Source of the DNA: Calcarisporiella thermophila CBS 279.70
Lineage: Eukaryota > Fungi > Calcarisporiellomycota
Assembly (NCBI RefSeq): GCF_041956535.1
Contig: NW_027192197.1
Coordinates: 507,829 to 571,828 of the forward strand
Length of the DNA: 64,000 bases
Reading direction: 5' to 3'
In this document: piece by piece, positions 49,100 through 63,401 of the stretch
Numbering within the stretch: position 1 is the first letter of the stretch
Layout of the letters: every line of letters starts with the position of its first letter
Made by a program: the position numbers and the translations under genes
The notes under the pieces: generated by a model
The model's database searches: none
Told to the model about the DNA's origin: nothing
What the model saw: only the letters and a program-made list of their open reading frames with translations

Positions 49100-52000
49100 A
49101 TGACCACCACGCCAATGAAGCGCAAGGAGGGCGCGCACGCCCACACAATTGGTGGAGATTCGATCTCGATCTCTTCTTCTCCATTCGCCCCTCCTTCCCT
49201 CAAGAAACGCAAGACTGCTGGATCAACAAATTCCGATGTGAACTCGCGATCATTCGAAGAAGATCTTGAAGAATTGAGTAAGATACAAACAACAACACGA
49301 TCTTGGTCACGACCACCACCTCCATCACTAGATCCGAAGAACGATGTCCTTAGTAATTATTCTTCTTTTCATGTGCGATAATGCCACCCTTTGTTTAATA
49401 TCATTACTTTTAATTTTAGTTTTTCAACAATTGGAATCCGATGATTATGTTGATATGAAAACTAATGAACCAGTAGTTCGGTTTTTTGGCGTGACTGAGG
49501 TGTGATCATTTCTAATCACATGTTAGATTCGAGATTGCAATGTGTTCATAACTGCATAATAATAATTTAGGATGGTGCTACCGTGCTCTGCCACGTACTC
49601 GGGTTTTTCCCATACTTCTACTTCCCAGCGCCAAATGGACTTACCCTGCAAAATCTCAACGATATTAAGACAACACTTGCTGTATGTATCAGTCTTACCA
49701 TATAGATAGTAATTTTCTAATGTCTTCTCTGCATTATTCAAATAGGAGAAAGTTAAAGGGCAGAATGGGATACTTAAGGTTGAAATAATCCAGAAACAAA
49801 GTATTTGGGGATACCACGGGAAAGTCAAGTTTCCTTTCGTGAAAGTAACAGTGCGAGATCCTAAACAAATCGCTCCTCTTCGGAGGGCAATAGAGGAAGG
49901 AATACCGCTGTCTGGTTTTCCAACTGGCGAACGCCGGACATACGAGAGTAACATTGAATTCACGCTACGTTTCATGATCGATCATAAGGTAATGGGTGCA
50001 AACTGGCTCGAGTTGCCTGCGGGTTCATATAGAATGAGAGCAAACAAGATATCCAACTGTCAAATTGAGGTTGAAGTAAAGTAAGTAAAAGGTGGATTAA
50101 ATACCTTCGGATTTATTTAACAATATCATATCTATTTAATTCTGCTATAGTTGTGATAAAATAATAAGTCATGCACCTGAAGGGGATTGGCAGAAGATAG
50201 CTCCTCTTCGCATTCTCAGTTTCGACATTGAATGTGCTGGTCGAAAAGGGATATTTCCGGAGGCTGAAGTCGACCCTGTGATTCAAATAGCTAATATTAT
50301 AACAGTTTATGGTTTTTATCCGTTTGATTTACTTCTATATTCTCGCTGCCATGCTTATTCTCGTTAATTAAATAGGTCAAGATCAGCCCCTCATTCGCAA
50401 CGTATTCACATTAGGGAGTTGCGCACCCATTGTTGGCGCCCACATCCTGTCATTTGAAAAAGAGGAGGAGCTTTTGCAGAAATGGAGCGAGTTTATTGCA
50501 GAGGTTCGCTTTTTGTACTCAAGCTTATGCTTTAGATCTATTATTTACAGCCTTCATGTTTTGTTTGACAGGCGGATCCAGATATAGTGATAGGTTACAA
50601 TACCGCAAACTTCGATATTCCTTATCTCTTAGACCGAGCCAAGAGCCTAAAAGTGGATTCTTTCCCATTTCTTGGACGCCTACGAGGTAAGCTGTATTAA
50701 TATGATTTATGTTAGTAGTACTTTAATAATAATATATTTAATGTAGGCGTACGTTCCGAGGCTAGAGACAGTCGATTCTCTTCCAAAGCATACGGCACGC
50801 GTGATAATAAGCACACAAATCTTGACGGTCGCCTCCAAATTGATTTGCTGCAAGTTATGCAACGGGACTATAAATTGCGTTCATATACCCTCAACTCGGT
50901 CTGCGCGCATTTCCTTGGTATGAAATTATTTACACTCGTATTTTTAAGTTGGGAAAATGGGACCGACTCATGATTAATTGATAGACGAGCAAAAGGAGGA
51001 CGTACATTATTCAATTATCACAGAGCTGCAAAATGGCAACGATGAGACAAGACGACGTTTGGCTGTATATTGTTTGAAGGTAAATTGCCAACTACATGGA
51101 ATGAATACTGTAACTGTCGTTTGAATATATGTATGTGGATACCTAGGATGCTTATCTACCGCAACGACTTATGGACAAGCTTATGTGTCTTATCAACTAT
51201 ATGGAAATGGCTCGTGTCACAGGAGTGCCCTTCAGCTACCTCCTTTCTCGAGGCCAACAGATCAAAGTTATTTCGCAGCTTTACCGGAAAGCTTTCGAGG
51301 AGGATCTTGTTATTCCGGCAATGAAATCAATGGGTATGAATGAACGTTTTCCACAAAGTATTCCATTATTTGATGGTTTCCACTGACTCTACATTATCAT
51401 TCGTTCAGGATCTGACGAACAATATGAAGGAGCCACAGTCATAGAACCTAAAAAGGGATATTATAGTTTGCCCATCGCTACGCTCGACTTCAGTTCCCTG
51501 TATCCGTCTATCATGATGGCTCACAATTTATGCTACACTACGCTCTTAGAACCCAACAACCCGATTAAGCAGCAGATGGACGAAAACGATTACATCGTGA
51601 CTCCGAATAAAGGTAGCATATTATAAAATAGGTACATTATTTAATGACCAGCAGATTGAGGATTTTACTACAGACTGTTTCGTGAAACCGAGCGTTCGCA
51701 AAGGCATTTTACCCACAATTCTTGAGGATCTGATTTCCGCACGAAAAAGAGCAAAAGCCGACCTGAAAAAAGAGACTGATCCATTCAAAAAAGCAGTACT
51801 TGATGGCCGCCAGCTTGCCCTCAAGGTATGAGAAAAAACTTTTTTCGCTTTCGCTACAAACCATTTGACATTGAATGTTCAATATTGTAGATAAGTGCCA
51901 ACTCGGTGTATGGTTTTACGGGTGCAACCGTCGGCAAACTACCCTGTCTCGAGATTTCGTCAAGTGTCACAGCATACGGACGAGTGATGATTGAACAGAC

Positions 52001-53433
52001 TAAAAATGTAAGCATGTCTCTTCTCTTCTTGAAATGAAACGATGATTAAATTCTGCCGCTCAGCTTATCGAAGCCAATTACACTATTGCAAATGGTTACA
52101 AATATAATGCCGAGGTCATCTATGGTGATACCGACTCTGTCATGATCAAATTTGGACCCGACAAACTAGAGGATGTTATGGAACTTGGTATGATGTTATA
52201 TTAATCATTTTGCTTGAGCCACAACGATGTCTAACTTTTACTATTAAACAAGGTAATGCTGCTGCCTCTTTTGTCAGTCAGACATTTATTCGACCGATCA
52301 AACTCGAGTTCGAGAAGGTGTATTACCCATATTTGCTCATCTCCAAAAAACGATATGCTGGACTCTATTGGACAAATCCTGAGAAGCCAGACAAAATGGA
52401 TTGCAAAGGAATAGAGGTAAATAAAACATGAAAGAAAAGCCTAAGTAGTAAATGGTACTGATGTTAACTCTACCTGCTTAGACTGTTCGTCGTGATAACT
52501 GCCGACTTGTTTCAACGGTAATAGATACATGCTTACGAAAGATTTTGATTGACAAAGATGTCAAAGGAGCGCAAGAGTAAGTGATATTAAAATACCATCG
52601 GATTGCTTAGTGCTTAATCCATTTTTTCGCCAAATAGCTATGCCAAGCACGTTATTGCAGACCTCTTGCAAAATAAGATAGATATGTCACAGTTGGTGAT
52701 CACAAAAGCACTCAGCAAATCTGACTACGCTGCTAAACAGGCCCATGTGGAGCTTGCCGAGAGAATGAGGCAGCGCGATGCAGGCTCCGCTCCTACGCTT
52801 GGTGATCGTGTCGCATATGTTATCGTTAAAGCGTATAAAGGAGCTGCTGCATATGAAAGATCGGAGGATCCAATCTATGTGCTTGAAAATAATATTCCAA
52901 TCGATACAAAATATTACCTTGATAACCAGCTCTCAAAGCCACTGATGCGTCTATTCGAGCCAATCCTTGGAGAGAAGGCGGAATCTCTTTGTAAATTTCT
53001 TGTTTTTTTTTTTACTATTGGAGTATGATCAAAGGGAAGATCTATTGACTTTTTCTGGCTTTCTCTAGTGACGGGTGAACATACTCGAACGGTCCAAGTA
53101 TCCACTCCAACCGTCGGGGGTCTGATGCGCTTTGCCGTCAAAACACTTACCTGTATGGGGTGTAAGACTCCACTTCCAAAAGGAGAAAAGGCCGTTTGTA
53201 AATACTGCAAACCTCGCATCGACGAGCTATATCAAAAGCAGCTGAGCACGGTGAATGACTTGGAGGTGCGGTTTAGTCGATTATGGACCCAATGCCAGCG
53301 ATGCCAAGGAAGTTTAAATCAGGATGTTATCTGCACGAGCAAAGATTGTCCGATTTTTTATATGCGAAAAAAAGCACAAAAGGACTTGAAGGATGCGACC
53401 AACAATTTGGAGCGTTTTGACTATGAATGGTAG
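49100..53433 (+). CDS. POL3: DNA polymerase delta catalytic subunit
   Basis: [63 protein letters not shown] and C-terminal CysA/CysB; about 17 introns. Confidence 0.98.
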
Positions 53434-53804
53434 AAAAGGGCGGTTACTATAAAGGAAGAACGGAGGTTGAGGCCCAAGTGAAATTTTGTAGTTTTGCATA
53501 TTTTAGTTTTCTTCTTATATTATCACCTTCATACTCTATATGAACCACAAAATTTCTTTGACACTGGTATCTTGTCACTCCACTGGCTGTACTCTCGTAT
53601 TGAGACCACAGAATTCTCCTGATGGAATAAAACCTCGTGAGAATCTTGTGGCTTAGTCTCACCAATTAATCTTTCCAACGAATACAGCTACTCCATAGAA
53701 ATCCCAAGAATTGGCCACTCTTAATTTTAGTAATTCAGGGCTTTAAGGACATCATCGTAACGAGAGGGGTTGTTTTCAAGGAAGACATATAAATTTCAGA
53801 GGCG

Positions 53805-55259
53805 ATGGACCCCGCATCACTAGCAGAATATCACAAACGCAAGGGCAACACTTTATTTAAGAGACATGACTTTGAACTGGCAATTAACGAATATTCCATA
53901 GCGATCGTAAGTGTTCTTTAATACTCAATGCAACGCAGATAATAGGAGTGTATGCTCCTTTCCATTTCAAATCTTTGTTTTTATCTCACTGTTTAGGACA
54001 GAGTGATAATGGATAAGGATTACTAAGCAAATACTATGTTTTTTATTAGATCAAAAATCCCATTATATCCACCTATTATACAAATCGCGCGCTATGTGAA
54101 CTTAAGGTGAGAAGAGTAGAACTTGGATCGCAATCAATTCAGTGAATTTAGCTTTTTTTTTATTCTATTTCAGTTAGAGAAATATGACGCAGTAGTGAAT
54201 GATTGCCAAAAAGCAATCGAGTTAGATCCGAATACAGGTAAGCAATGGATGTTCTTATTTGTGAAGACTGATCCATCATCATTAACTCTTTTTAACCTAA
54301 TTTAAATATAGTCAAAGGCTATTATTTTGTAAGTCATCGTATATTCTGCGCTAAGTCGTCCATATCTACATGAGTCTCCTCTATAGATGGGTCAGGCATT
54401 TTTAGAAATGAAGCGATTCGTGGATGCTATTGCGTATCTTAAAAAAGGTGATTATACCCGCTATAAAACTATAACTACAATATTTAATGGGCATCTCTTT
54501 TTTCTGGATAAATTTTTGCAGCTTATCATCTCGCATTAGATCAACAAGTCACGTACACTTCGGATATTGTCAGCGCATTACTGAAGGCGCGAAAGGCAAA
54601 GTGGGATGCTGACGAGACGCTAAGGGTTCAGCGTGAGTCCGCATTGCTAAGATATATGCGTGATTTGATCAACCAAGAACGGCAAAAGTAAGACATGGAT
54701 CAATTTTTGAGGTGATGCTGGCACTCAATGACATATTGTTTTGTTTGTATTTCCCTTCCAGACAACTTGATAACGTTGACAAAGAGGATCCAGACCACTT
54801 GCTGATTATAGACACAGTGAATACTGAACATGTACGAGTTTTTTGATCAAATGAATGCGCCAGTTTAAGTATAACAGCGGTATTTTCTAATATAGGATGA
54901 GAGACTCTCTGAACTCCAGGTTGTATTCGAGCGCTCAGAAGAGAGATTACAGCGACGGGAGATACCCGAGAGCTTCATAGATCCCATATCTTTTAATATT
55001 ATGCATGGTAGGATTCCGTTGGGTATTTAAATGCACTTTCTTTTCTTAAAAAAGCTTTGTGTTCCTCCTAGATCCTGTCATCACACCATCTGGAATCACA
55101 TATGAACGCACTGCTCTGAAAGAGCACATCAAAGTCATTGGTTCATTCGACCCTCTAACCCGCGCACCGCTCAACGAGCGAAATTTAATATCCAATCTTG
55201 CTCTCAAGGAAGCAATAGAGGACTTTTTACGGAAAAATGGATGGGCCGCAGACTATTAG
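53805..55259 (+). CDS. STUB1: CHIP/STUB1 TPR-U-box E3 ubiquitin ligase
   Basis: TPRs (HKRKGNTLF, YYTNRALC, VKGYYFMGQA including a 17-nt micro-exon), KARKAKW helix, U-box EIPESFIDPISFNIMHDPVITPSGITYER...FDPLTR...NLALKEAI...NGWAADY. Confidence 0.95.
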
Positions 55260-55652
55260 CGGATTTCTCTCTTTTGGATTGCAATAGATTATGGGGGGTT
55301 AAAGACAATAGATGAACAAAACTATTATATCAACATATTTACAAGCGACATACTGGTTTGTTCAAACCTTGAAAGTTGTTAAATTTTACATCAGATCTCC
55401 ATTTATTTTTCAAGCTTTCTCTTTCTTCTCTCTCTTATACTTGTAAGCCCTTTTATCGATTTTTTTTTTTTGTATTAAAATATAATTATTAAATGTTTTT
55501 AATCACCCATTGAAAACCAAATAAGCCTTTTCAACGACCTTGTGACCGCAAAATCTGAACTTAAAAATGTGTTGCACAGGGTGGCCAAACACCCCTTTCA
55601 TTTCTTCCTCTTTCTGTTATGGCTAAATGAGCTTGTTGTAAATCCTTAGAAA

Positions 55653-58171
55653 ATGAGCAAGTATACCGCCAAAAGTGCGCTTCGCGTCGTGTAAGTGGAT
55701 TCATTCCTCTCTTTCTCATTAGCATGCGTTTACCTGGGGTCGCCATGCTGACCCCTTGAAAGTTGAATGAAGAATTGTTTTATGTTGAAATGTTAAAATG
55801 TCACAAAAAACTTAATTGACTCACCAACTCATTTCTTCTGCTCAAAAACAGTAAGAATTATACCAGGGGCTATTCAGATATCCAGGCGAAGATCCGTGAA
55901 GCAACCTCGAATGATCCATGGGGACCGTCGGGAACCCTCATGCATGAGATTGCACAGTACACATTCAATGAGTGAGTTTATTAAATATATCCCCATTGGT
56001 CTTACCTTCTAATACTTAACTAACTGACTTGCGTCCATATTCAGAGGTGCATTTCCTGAGATAATGGATATGTTAAGTAAAAGACTGAATGACAAAGGTA
56101 TAAAGGCATTGATATATTGTAAGGGAATAACGGTAATGAACTTTTCTCTTTTGTTTCAGGGAAAAACTGGAGACATGTTTTCAAGGTGCTCAACGAACTA
56201 TATGAGTAATACATCTAAACTATGTGTTTATTTTGAGATATATCTACAGGCATTGAACCTCCTTGACTACTGCCTCCACGTTGGTTCTGAAATGGTTATT
56301 TCATATATGAAAGAAAATAGCTATCTTATTAAGACTCTTCGACAGTTTCAACATATCGATGAAAATGGAAAAGATGTGGGAGCAAATGGTAATTCACCCC
56401 GGCTCCGGTTTATCACTTAAGCTAATTTATATCTATGCTCCACAGTGCGTCTTAAAGCGAAAGATATTGTTAATTTAATTGAGGATGAGCCGCGCCTGTT
56501 GGAGGAGCGTAAACAACGCAAGAGAATGCTGAACCGTATGACGCCCAGTTCCATCCATAAAAACTCACTTGGAGTTCGTTCATACACATTAGACCACTCC
56601 GAAATGAATAATTCATATCGACAAAGTTATTTGGATGAAGATCGGGATTTGCAGCGCGCTATCGAGGAGAGCAAGCAAACCGCGCTTGAACATGAGCAGA
56701 GGATGAAGGCCAGGTAGGGTGTTCATTGTGAATATTGGTAGTACAGCTAAATCGACTTTTGGCTTTTTCCCTCTCAGAGAATCATTTTTAGAGAAATACC
56801 TCGATAACGGCAGGCGAGAATCGAAGGATGAAAATGAAACGATCAAAAAACAAGCCGACAGTGGCTCGACAGCTCCTTCTCTGCCGGTTCAATATGACAT
56901 TTTCGGCAGCCCAGTTTTCGGCAACTCAAAACCCATAGTCCAATCACCTCAACCTCTTGAGCTTGCTTTTCAACCTTACGTGACGCCACAGAATTCGCAA
57001 GCGAACCCAGGCCATAATGTCGGATATTTTGACATCTCGACAGGTGCCATTGGATTCCAGAATATGATCAATACACAATGGAGTATGAACTCTAGACAAT
57101 CTCCTCATGCGCCTCTGTCGCTATTGCATCAGAACACACTAGGGGTCCTTTCAAATTCGCTCCCCCAAGCGCATTCGCTGTCAACCCCAGTGTCGCCCCA
57201 GAGCCAACCAAATTTCCAAGAAATTAACCCCTTCAAACAATATAATGGGCATGCGTTCAGTGCTCCAACCTCACCTGTTGCCGTCCCTCCTTCGTTCCGA
57301 TCTCATTCGTTCAGCATATCATCGATGCAGAACCGTGAATTTCCATTCAATCAAACAGCCTATGATGCGGCCATTTCGATGAGCACCACTATGCAAAATC
57401 CAGTGAGTCAATTGAGCAATTGAAGATATATAGAGGCTTCCTAATTGTTTTACAATGATTCAGTGTAATGCTGAGCTTTTTGCGCAAACTCCTCACGAAA
57501 AATATGCACAACTTGACTCTATAATTGCGACACGCAATCGTGGAGTGGATACTTTCGGAAACATGGGGGACCTTCGGATCCCTTCGTGAGTCTCAAAAAT
57601 CAGCATCCTGAGCTATCACAAATATTAACCTTGCTTGAATATTTTAGTGGAACCGGATTCAAAACCAATGCAAATAGGAATGGGAGCGAGGTAGGTGTCA
57701 ACAACAATCCATTCGACACCGCGCTTGTATCCTCTAAACCTGCTCCGATAACCGCTGATTTACTTGGTCTGGAGACTGAGAGCAGCATGAATAGTCCGCA
57801 GTTCACGGAAATTCAGGTAATAATTAAAGGTTATTTACTTGGCAGCTTAAACCAACCAAAATTGACGCTTTCTATCCCCATACTTGCCTGCACGCGATTA
57901 GTCTAACAACACCTCTATCTCCTCAATTTCTTCTCGTGCGCGCACACCTTCTCAAATCGAACAAAGCTACTCTTCCGACCGTGCCAACGAATTAGGCAAC
58001 GCTTATTTTGGCAAGTTCCCATCCAAGAATCATACCAACCCTTTCCAGGAGAGACTTGGTGAAATATGGGGTGAAAAGGGTTTTGACAGATTTACATCAG
58101 TGCAGTCCGCCGTGCCAGTCAACGAACCCAACGTGTATAGGGACACCGGCCGTTCCTTTTCACTGATCTAA
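55653..58171 (+). CDS. Epsin (Ent1/Ent2-like ENTH protein)
   Basis: KNYTRGYSDIQAKIREATSNDPWGP, RLNDKGKNWRHVFKAL, UIM DEDRDLQRAIEESK, GVDTFGNMGDLRIP and three NPF motifs. Confidence 0.92.
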
Positions 58172-58593
58172 GTTATCATTCCTCTCAAATAGTCTACGCA
58201 TTGTTAATTGCTATTACGGATATCATTGATTCTATATCGCAAACTGCCCTAATATAGCAAATTTCGGTTATAAATTGTATTTTTATCCTCTTGGAATCTC
58301 TTCTAGTTTGAACTATGGAATAATCCTAGTATAGGACTTGTCTCACTCCCCTGGCTCTGATATCACCACTATTCATTCCCTATTCCTATTTTCTATCGTT
58401 TTGTGTTTTGATTTTTTTTTTTCTATGGCTATTATCTCTTCGCCGTATCACAGATGCTTTCGTAGGTTGGATAGGAATTCAGTGACTTAAATACAATATT
58501 ATATTAACTTCTGGACGCATAATATCGCCAGTCAGGATCATATTCATATCAAAACCGAAAAACAGCCTTTGAAAAGCAATCTGAAATATAGAA

Positions 58594-60908
58594 TTAATGG
58601 CGGAGGCTTGTCAATATACTTTCCTTCCGTCGGTTGAACATATCCTTTTCCGTCACGCCCAAGGTCGAATCTCCTAACTTTTGCCAATCCGTTTCAGCTT
58701 CCGGCTCAACGCTGATGGATGACGAGGTAGTTTCCGTGATTTCTCCCTCTTCCATCGAGGGGGTGTCGAAACCTTCCCGAATCCATTTGCCCAACTTAAT
58801 GATGATGCTCTTGCACTCCGGCATCATAAGTAGCATCTGCAGGAATCCATGCGATGCGCCCCGCAAAATCTCAAGCTTCACGGCGCGCTCATCATCCCAC
58901 AGTCCGATCCCCTTGGCTTCGCGGATTCGGCCGGCGAATATGACGGAATCATCCACAAGAGGATCCATCTCACCACAAAATATAAATGTGCGCGGAAACT
59001 CTTGCAAGAGTTCCAAAGGTGCATGAAGGGGTGCAAAATGATAGTCGCCGAATATGTCTGAAGGTGTGTTGGGTCCCACGTACACTAGTTCAAGAGAGAA
59101 GAAGAGAGATAAGTAAAGAAATCAGCATTATAGAATAATGGAGAATGAGCAAACGTATCCTTACATATAGTCAAGGCGCGCACCAGACTGGCATATAGAA
59201 TTCGGTCGTCGAAATAACACATCTTACTCGTCATTGCCAAACGAGTATCTAACGTGATTTCGCTTGATACCGTTGCACCATCCCAGTGGGCAATTCCTTC
59301 TGTTGACATTCCTTGGCCTCCAGACCGCACCACATCCTCAATCGCCTCGTCAGAACTGTCGTCGTCCTTTGAAATCCGCGACATCGTCAAATCCTCAGGA
59401 GCCAGGCGGGATTTGCGGTGGTACGGTTTCACATCAGGCACGACACTCAGCGGACTTTTGTGCCTGAAGTGGTCTTTAGCTTGAAATAGATTCACCATGG
59501 ATTTATTGCTTTGTGCACGCATGAGGGACATTGCTTTGCGGTCCATCCAACATTTAAGCTCAAGCTCAAGGGCAGGGTAGATCAAGACAATGGCGTTAGG
59601 GCGCGGGAGCTCAGGATGTGTCTTTCGAAATTCAAGGATTCTAATGATAGTGGTTGCGACTAAATTTCCTCCCCTAAATTGAAATAAAAAAAAATCGGAT
59701 AGGCGGATCAGCACTTGCTTAGACGACGCTAATGGCAATGCAGTACAACTTACGCAGAGTCGCCTACGATCACAATCTTCGGCATCTTTTCACCCTTAAG
59801 CCCAATGCATCGTCCCCTTGTCTCACAAATCGTACGATATACATCAAAACATTCTTCACACCCCCAAGGGTAGGGATATTCGGGGGCTTTTCCATAGTTG
59901 ATGCTCACTATTGGGACTCCCAGCTGCTTCGCCCAAATACTCAAATAGTCGGAGTGACATTTGGGAGGCATCGCGACAAAGCCTCCGCCAGGAATGTGAA
60001 GCAGAATTTCCTCCTTTTCTTGAAGCCGCGATTCAGGCGGGTGGAAATAGAGATATGACTCTACAGAGTGCCGCATACGAGGCTCGACCTGAGGAGGGGG
60101 GATCATGATCTTGCGGGCGTCGATGCTGAGGCGCTCATGAGCAAGCAAACGAATAAATAGTCGCAAATAAGGGTTAAGGGACTTCTCCCAAGACACACGA
60201 ATATGCTTGGCGGTGATATTGGAACGATAGTATTGGGCCTTCAGAAAAATTAAACGAGATTAGAGAAAAACATGGATAGTACGACGTAACATCCAGCCAT
60301 CATTACCTTGGCTTCGGCTTCTTCCGAAAACACTGCATAGAAAAGGGTGAGTACGATGCTTAGAAAGTCGCGGAGAAATCGGGGACGCACGTTCATGGCG
60401 GACCAAAAACCAGCATCCATGGCGGTCATCAGCCAAGTTGCTCTGTAAAAACTCTTAGAATAACGCCGAGCCATGGGTTCAGGACCTAAGCAGAGATATA
60501 ATGAGCTCTGCACCGAATTAGACTAGAGCATCAATGCTAAGCCAGTACTGACCATTAAGCCCAACCAGTAAAAAGGTATGCTTGAGTACATAGAGCGCAG
60601 TTATTGTCCCGAGAAATGTTTTCCAAGGCGGATATTTCGCTGATGGAGACAAGAAAGCCAAAATTGATTTAGCACGTAATATAATCTTGTTAGAATTACT
60701 CTCTTTACCTAACCAATTATTTAAAAAAACTAGGGATGAGGGTGTCCCTTTCTTATAACGAGTGATAAAAAGGGTGCTAACAAGAAAAATAAAGTTATGA
60801 AATCCATCTAGCATAAGCAAACTCCATGCAATACCTCGCAAGGGTAATGGCCAAAACTTCCAAGCGTCTGATGTTCGGCGATGGCTTTCCTATGATGTTA
60901 TCCAACAT
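58594..60908 (-). CDS. Hormone-sensitive-lipase-like alpha/beta hydrolase
   Basis: FYRATWLMTAMDAGFW, HIPGGGFVAM, YGKAPEYPYP, GDSA|GGNL nucleophile motif, GEMDPLVDDS, HGFLQM. Confidence 0.92.
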
Positions 60909-63180
60909 TATGGAATTTCTCTATTGAGGTTTCCAATACCAAGATAAAACTGCGGTTATTTGAGGGGAAATCCTAAAAAAGGCATCATTAGACATGTGAA
61001 AGCGATCGAAAGAAAAATTTTGGCAAATTGTTATTGAAATAAAAATGTGATTGATTAACTACATCCCCCCCACAGTCCTTCGTGCAACTCTATGACTCAT
61101 GGGCATATTCATAGCAAGCTAACCCCCATATTAGCTCGAGAATATCACGTTGATAAAGCTTATGGCTAGAATTGCTGCGAAACTTACGGGTCGAAAATAT
61201 TCAGCTCTCTATGACCCAGAGTAGACTTTCGAAAGGGTGAAAAAATACATTAAAGGTTATAAAGACATATTTCTAGAATACTTTAGATGTCACAATTTAC
61301 ATACATGCCAGAGACATTATCTACTATTTAGTAAAAGCATTCCACAATCCATTCTTTTAACTTTACCTGACACAAGTGTCAACTGCCACGATAGGGGAGC
61401 TTCAGTCAAACTACCACGGCAGGGAAAAAGATAATCCCACATAGAATAATTGTGTTAAAATCCTTATGATGTTGGAAAAGCTACACGTTTTTTTCCTGAG
61501 CTTTGACTCATAGCATGGCCCTCTTGAGATTAAATGTACTAAAAATTTGGTAAGGAGTCTACTAGTATAATTAGAATTAATTCCACGTTAGATTAATGTG
61601 GACTTTAGCTGCGAAGGGGATTTCTTTTAATTGCTCGTGAAAATATAAATATTTATCGTCCGAATATTAACGTTGCAGTGGTATGATACTCACAGTGAAA
61701 GCACGCAGATTTTTCTAATTCTCTTGTCGCTTGCAACATCTTGCCACATTATGCCACACCGAGAGAAAAGTGTTTTCTTTTTTTTGAAGGAATTTGGTCA
61801 GATAAAAATGATGAGGACACTGGAATATTAACAACGACCAAGAGTGATGAACTCGACGGAAAGTAAGATAAGGCAGAGTTGCAATATAGGCCACGCAAGC
61901 ATTTAATAGTACCCTTTATTAACTAATATAAAATAATAGAGGTTATAGGTCAAGCAGATATACCGTATAAAATTTTCCTGAAGTAAAATAACCTCTTCCC
62001 TGTTCTTCTTAATCTGGACTTGCATAAAATTGATTCTAATTTGCCACTTGTCCTGTCGTATTAATGCATGCCAAAGCAATCAACGTAAAAAAGGAGTTAT
62101 AAATAAATTGTTTGGTAATTGCATACTTGTTTTTATGCTATCAGCACAGGCTTTTATTTTTTCTTTTGCATATTCCTGTTAAAGATGATGCTCTACATCC
62201 AAAAGCATGCCCATGGACAAGAGTCTCTTCAAGCTAAGAATTTGGTTTTAAAGGCTTTATTTTCACTTCTGAGAGGGTGATGAAATATAAAATATTGTCA
62301 GGGTTCAGAAGCTCCCATAAATGTGTCATTGATGAGGATGGTCCTTCTTGCAAGTGTATTTGTCCCCAAATGGACAAAGAAACTAGAGTTTCAAAAAAAA
62401 AATAATTAAAGATATTTTACATAATACTGAAGAGCATAGGTATAAAAAGGCACTACTTGATTGTCGGCATTTGCTCCTTAGGAGTTGTAGCTCTTATTAA
62501 TGGCCATCGAGATTCCAAAAGAAAAAAATAGCTGAGAGTTGGGATGCAATAGCTGCAAGAATTCGAGATCAAGTGAGAATTACCTCCTGAACTTGATTTA
62601 TATTTCATTTTTTGGCACACACTTGTAGACCTGTAGAGAATTTTTTTGTTTTTTTTTACATTTTTAGATTTCTCCCTGTGAGAGCAGCTTAAATTATGCA
62701 AGAACATATTACTTTTTCTCCTACTGCTTTATCAGTTCTTCCTGGGCTGATAATCCTAAAGAGGAAAAGTAGAAGGGGTTCAGTTTAGCTTCCATTGGAG
62801 CACGGGCTTTGTTTAACAGCATAAAGGGAGCAATTGCTCCTAAATATAATTAAAAAAACCCTGAAAGAAGCCCATCATGTTATCTTTTGCAAATCTTGTT
62901 AAATAAAATATTACAAATCGTTTCAAATCGCGAACAAGAAATCTCCTCTGAGAGTTGCTTGTCGAATACGTCGTCGGCTTGTTAATTTTTACGAATGAGC
63001 TGGATGCAGTTGAAAAGAAGCTGTTTTCATAACAATATACATGAAATTAATTATTCGTTAGGAAAGTCACGGCCTCGAGCTAGAGGGATTAATTACATAC
63101 ATCGTGTTTAATTCGGCCATATTGAATGCTTCTTGTCACTTGATTTCCTCTATTCAATTACTAAATTAAAACACGCCTTG

Positions 63181-63188
63181 TATATAAA
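63181..63188 (+). promoter_or_regulatory. TATA box upstream of OLE1
   Basis: TATATAAA about 220 bp before the ATG. A (TA)n run also lies at ~63354-63378. Confidence 0.5.
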
Positions 63189-63401
63189 CGCAGCACGGTC
63201 CCCTCACTTGTTACGCATTTTTTTCCCTTCTCTTTAGCTTTTCTAGATCAGTACTGTGTACTGGGGAATTTTTGTCCTTTTGGTCGCTCCCCGAGCTGGT
63301 TCATCTGTGAATAAATCAGCGTAGAGACGTAGAGATAACTGGGTGATATTCTTATATATAAATATATATATATATATACAAAATTCGGCTCCTTATTCAG
63401 C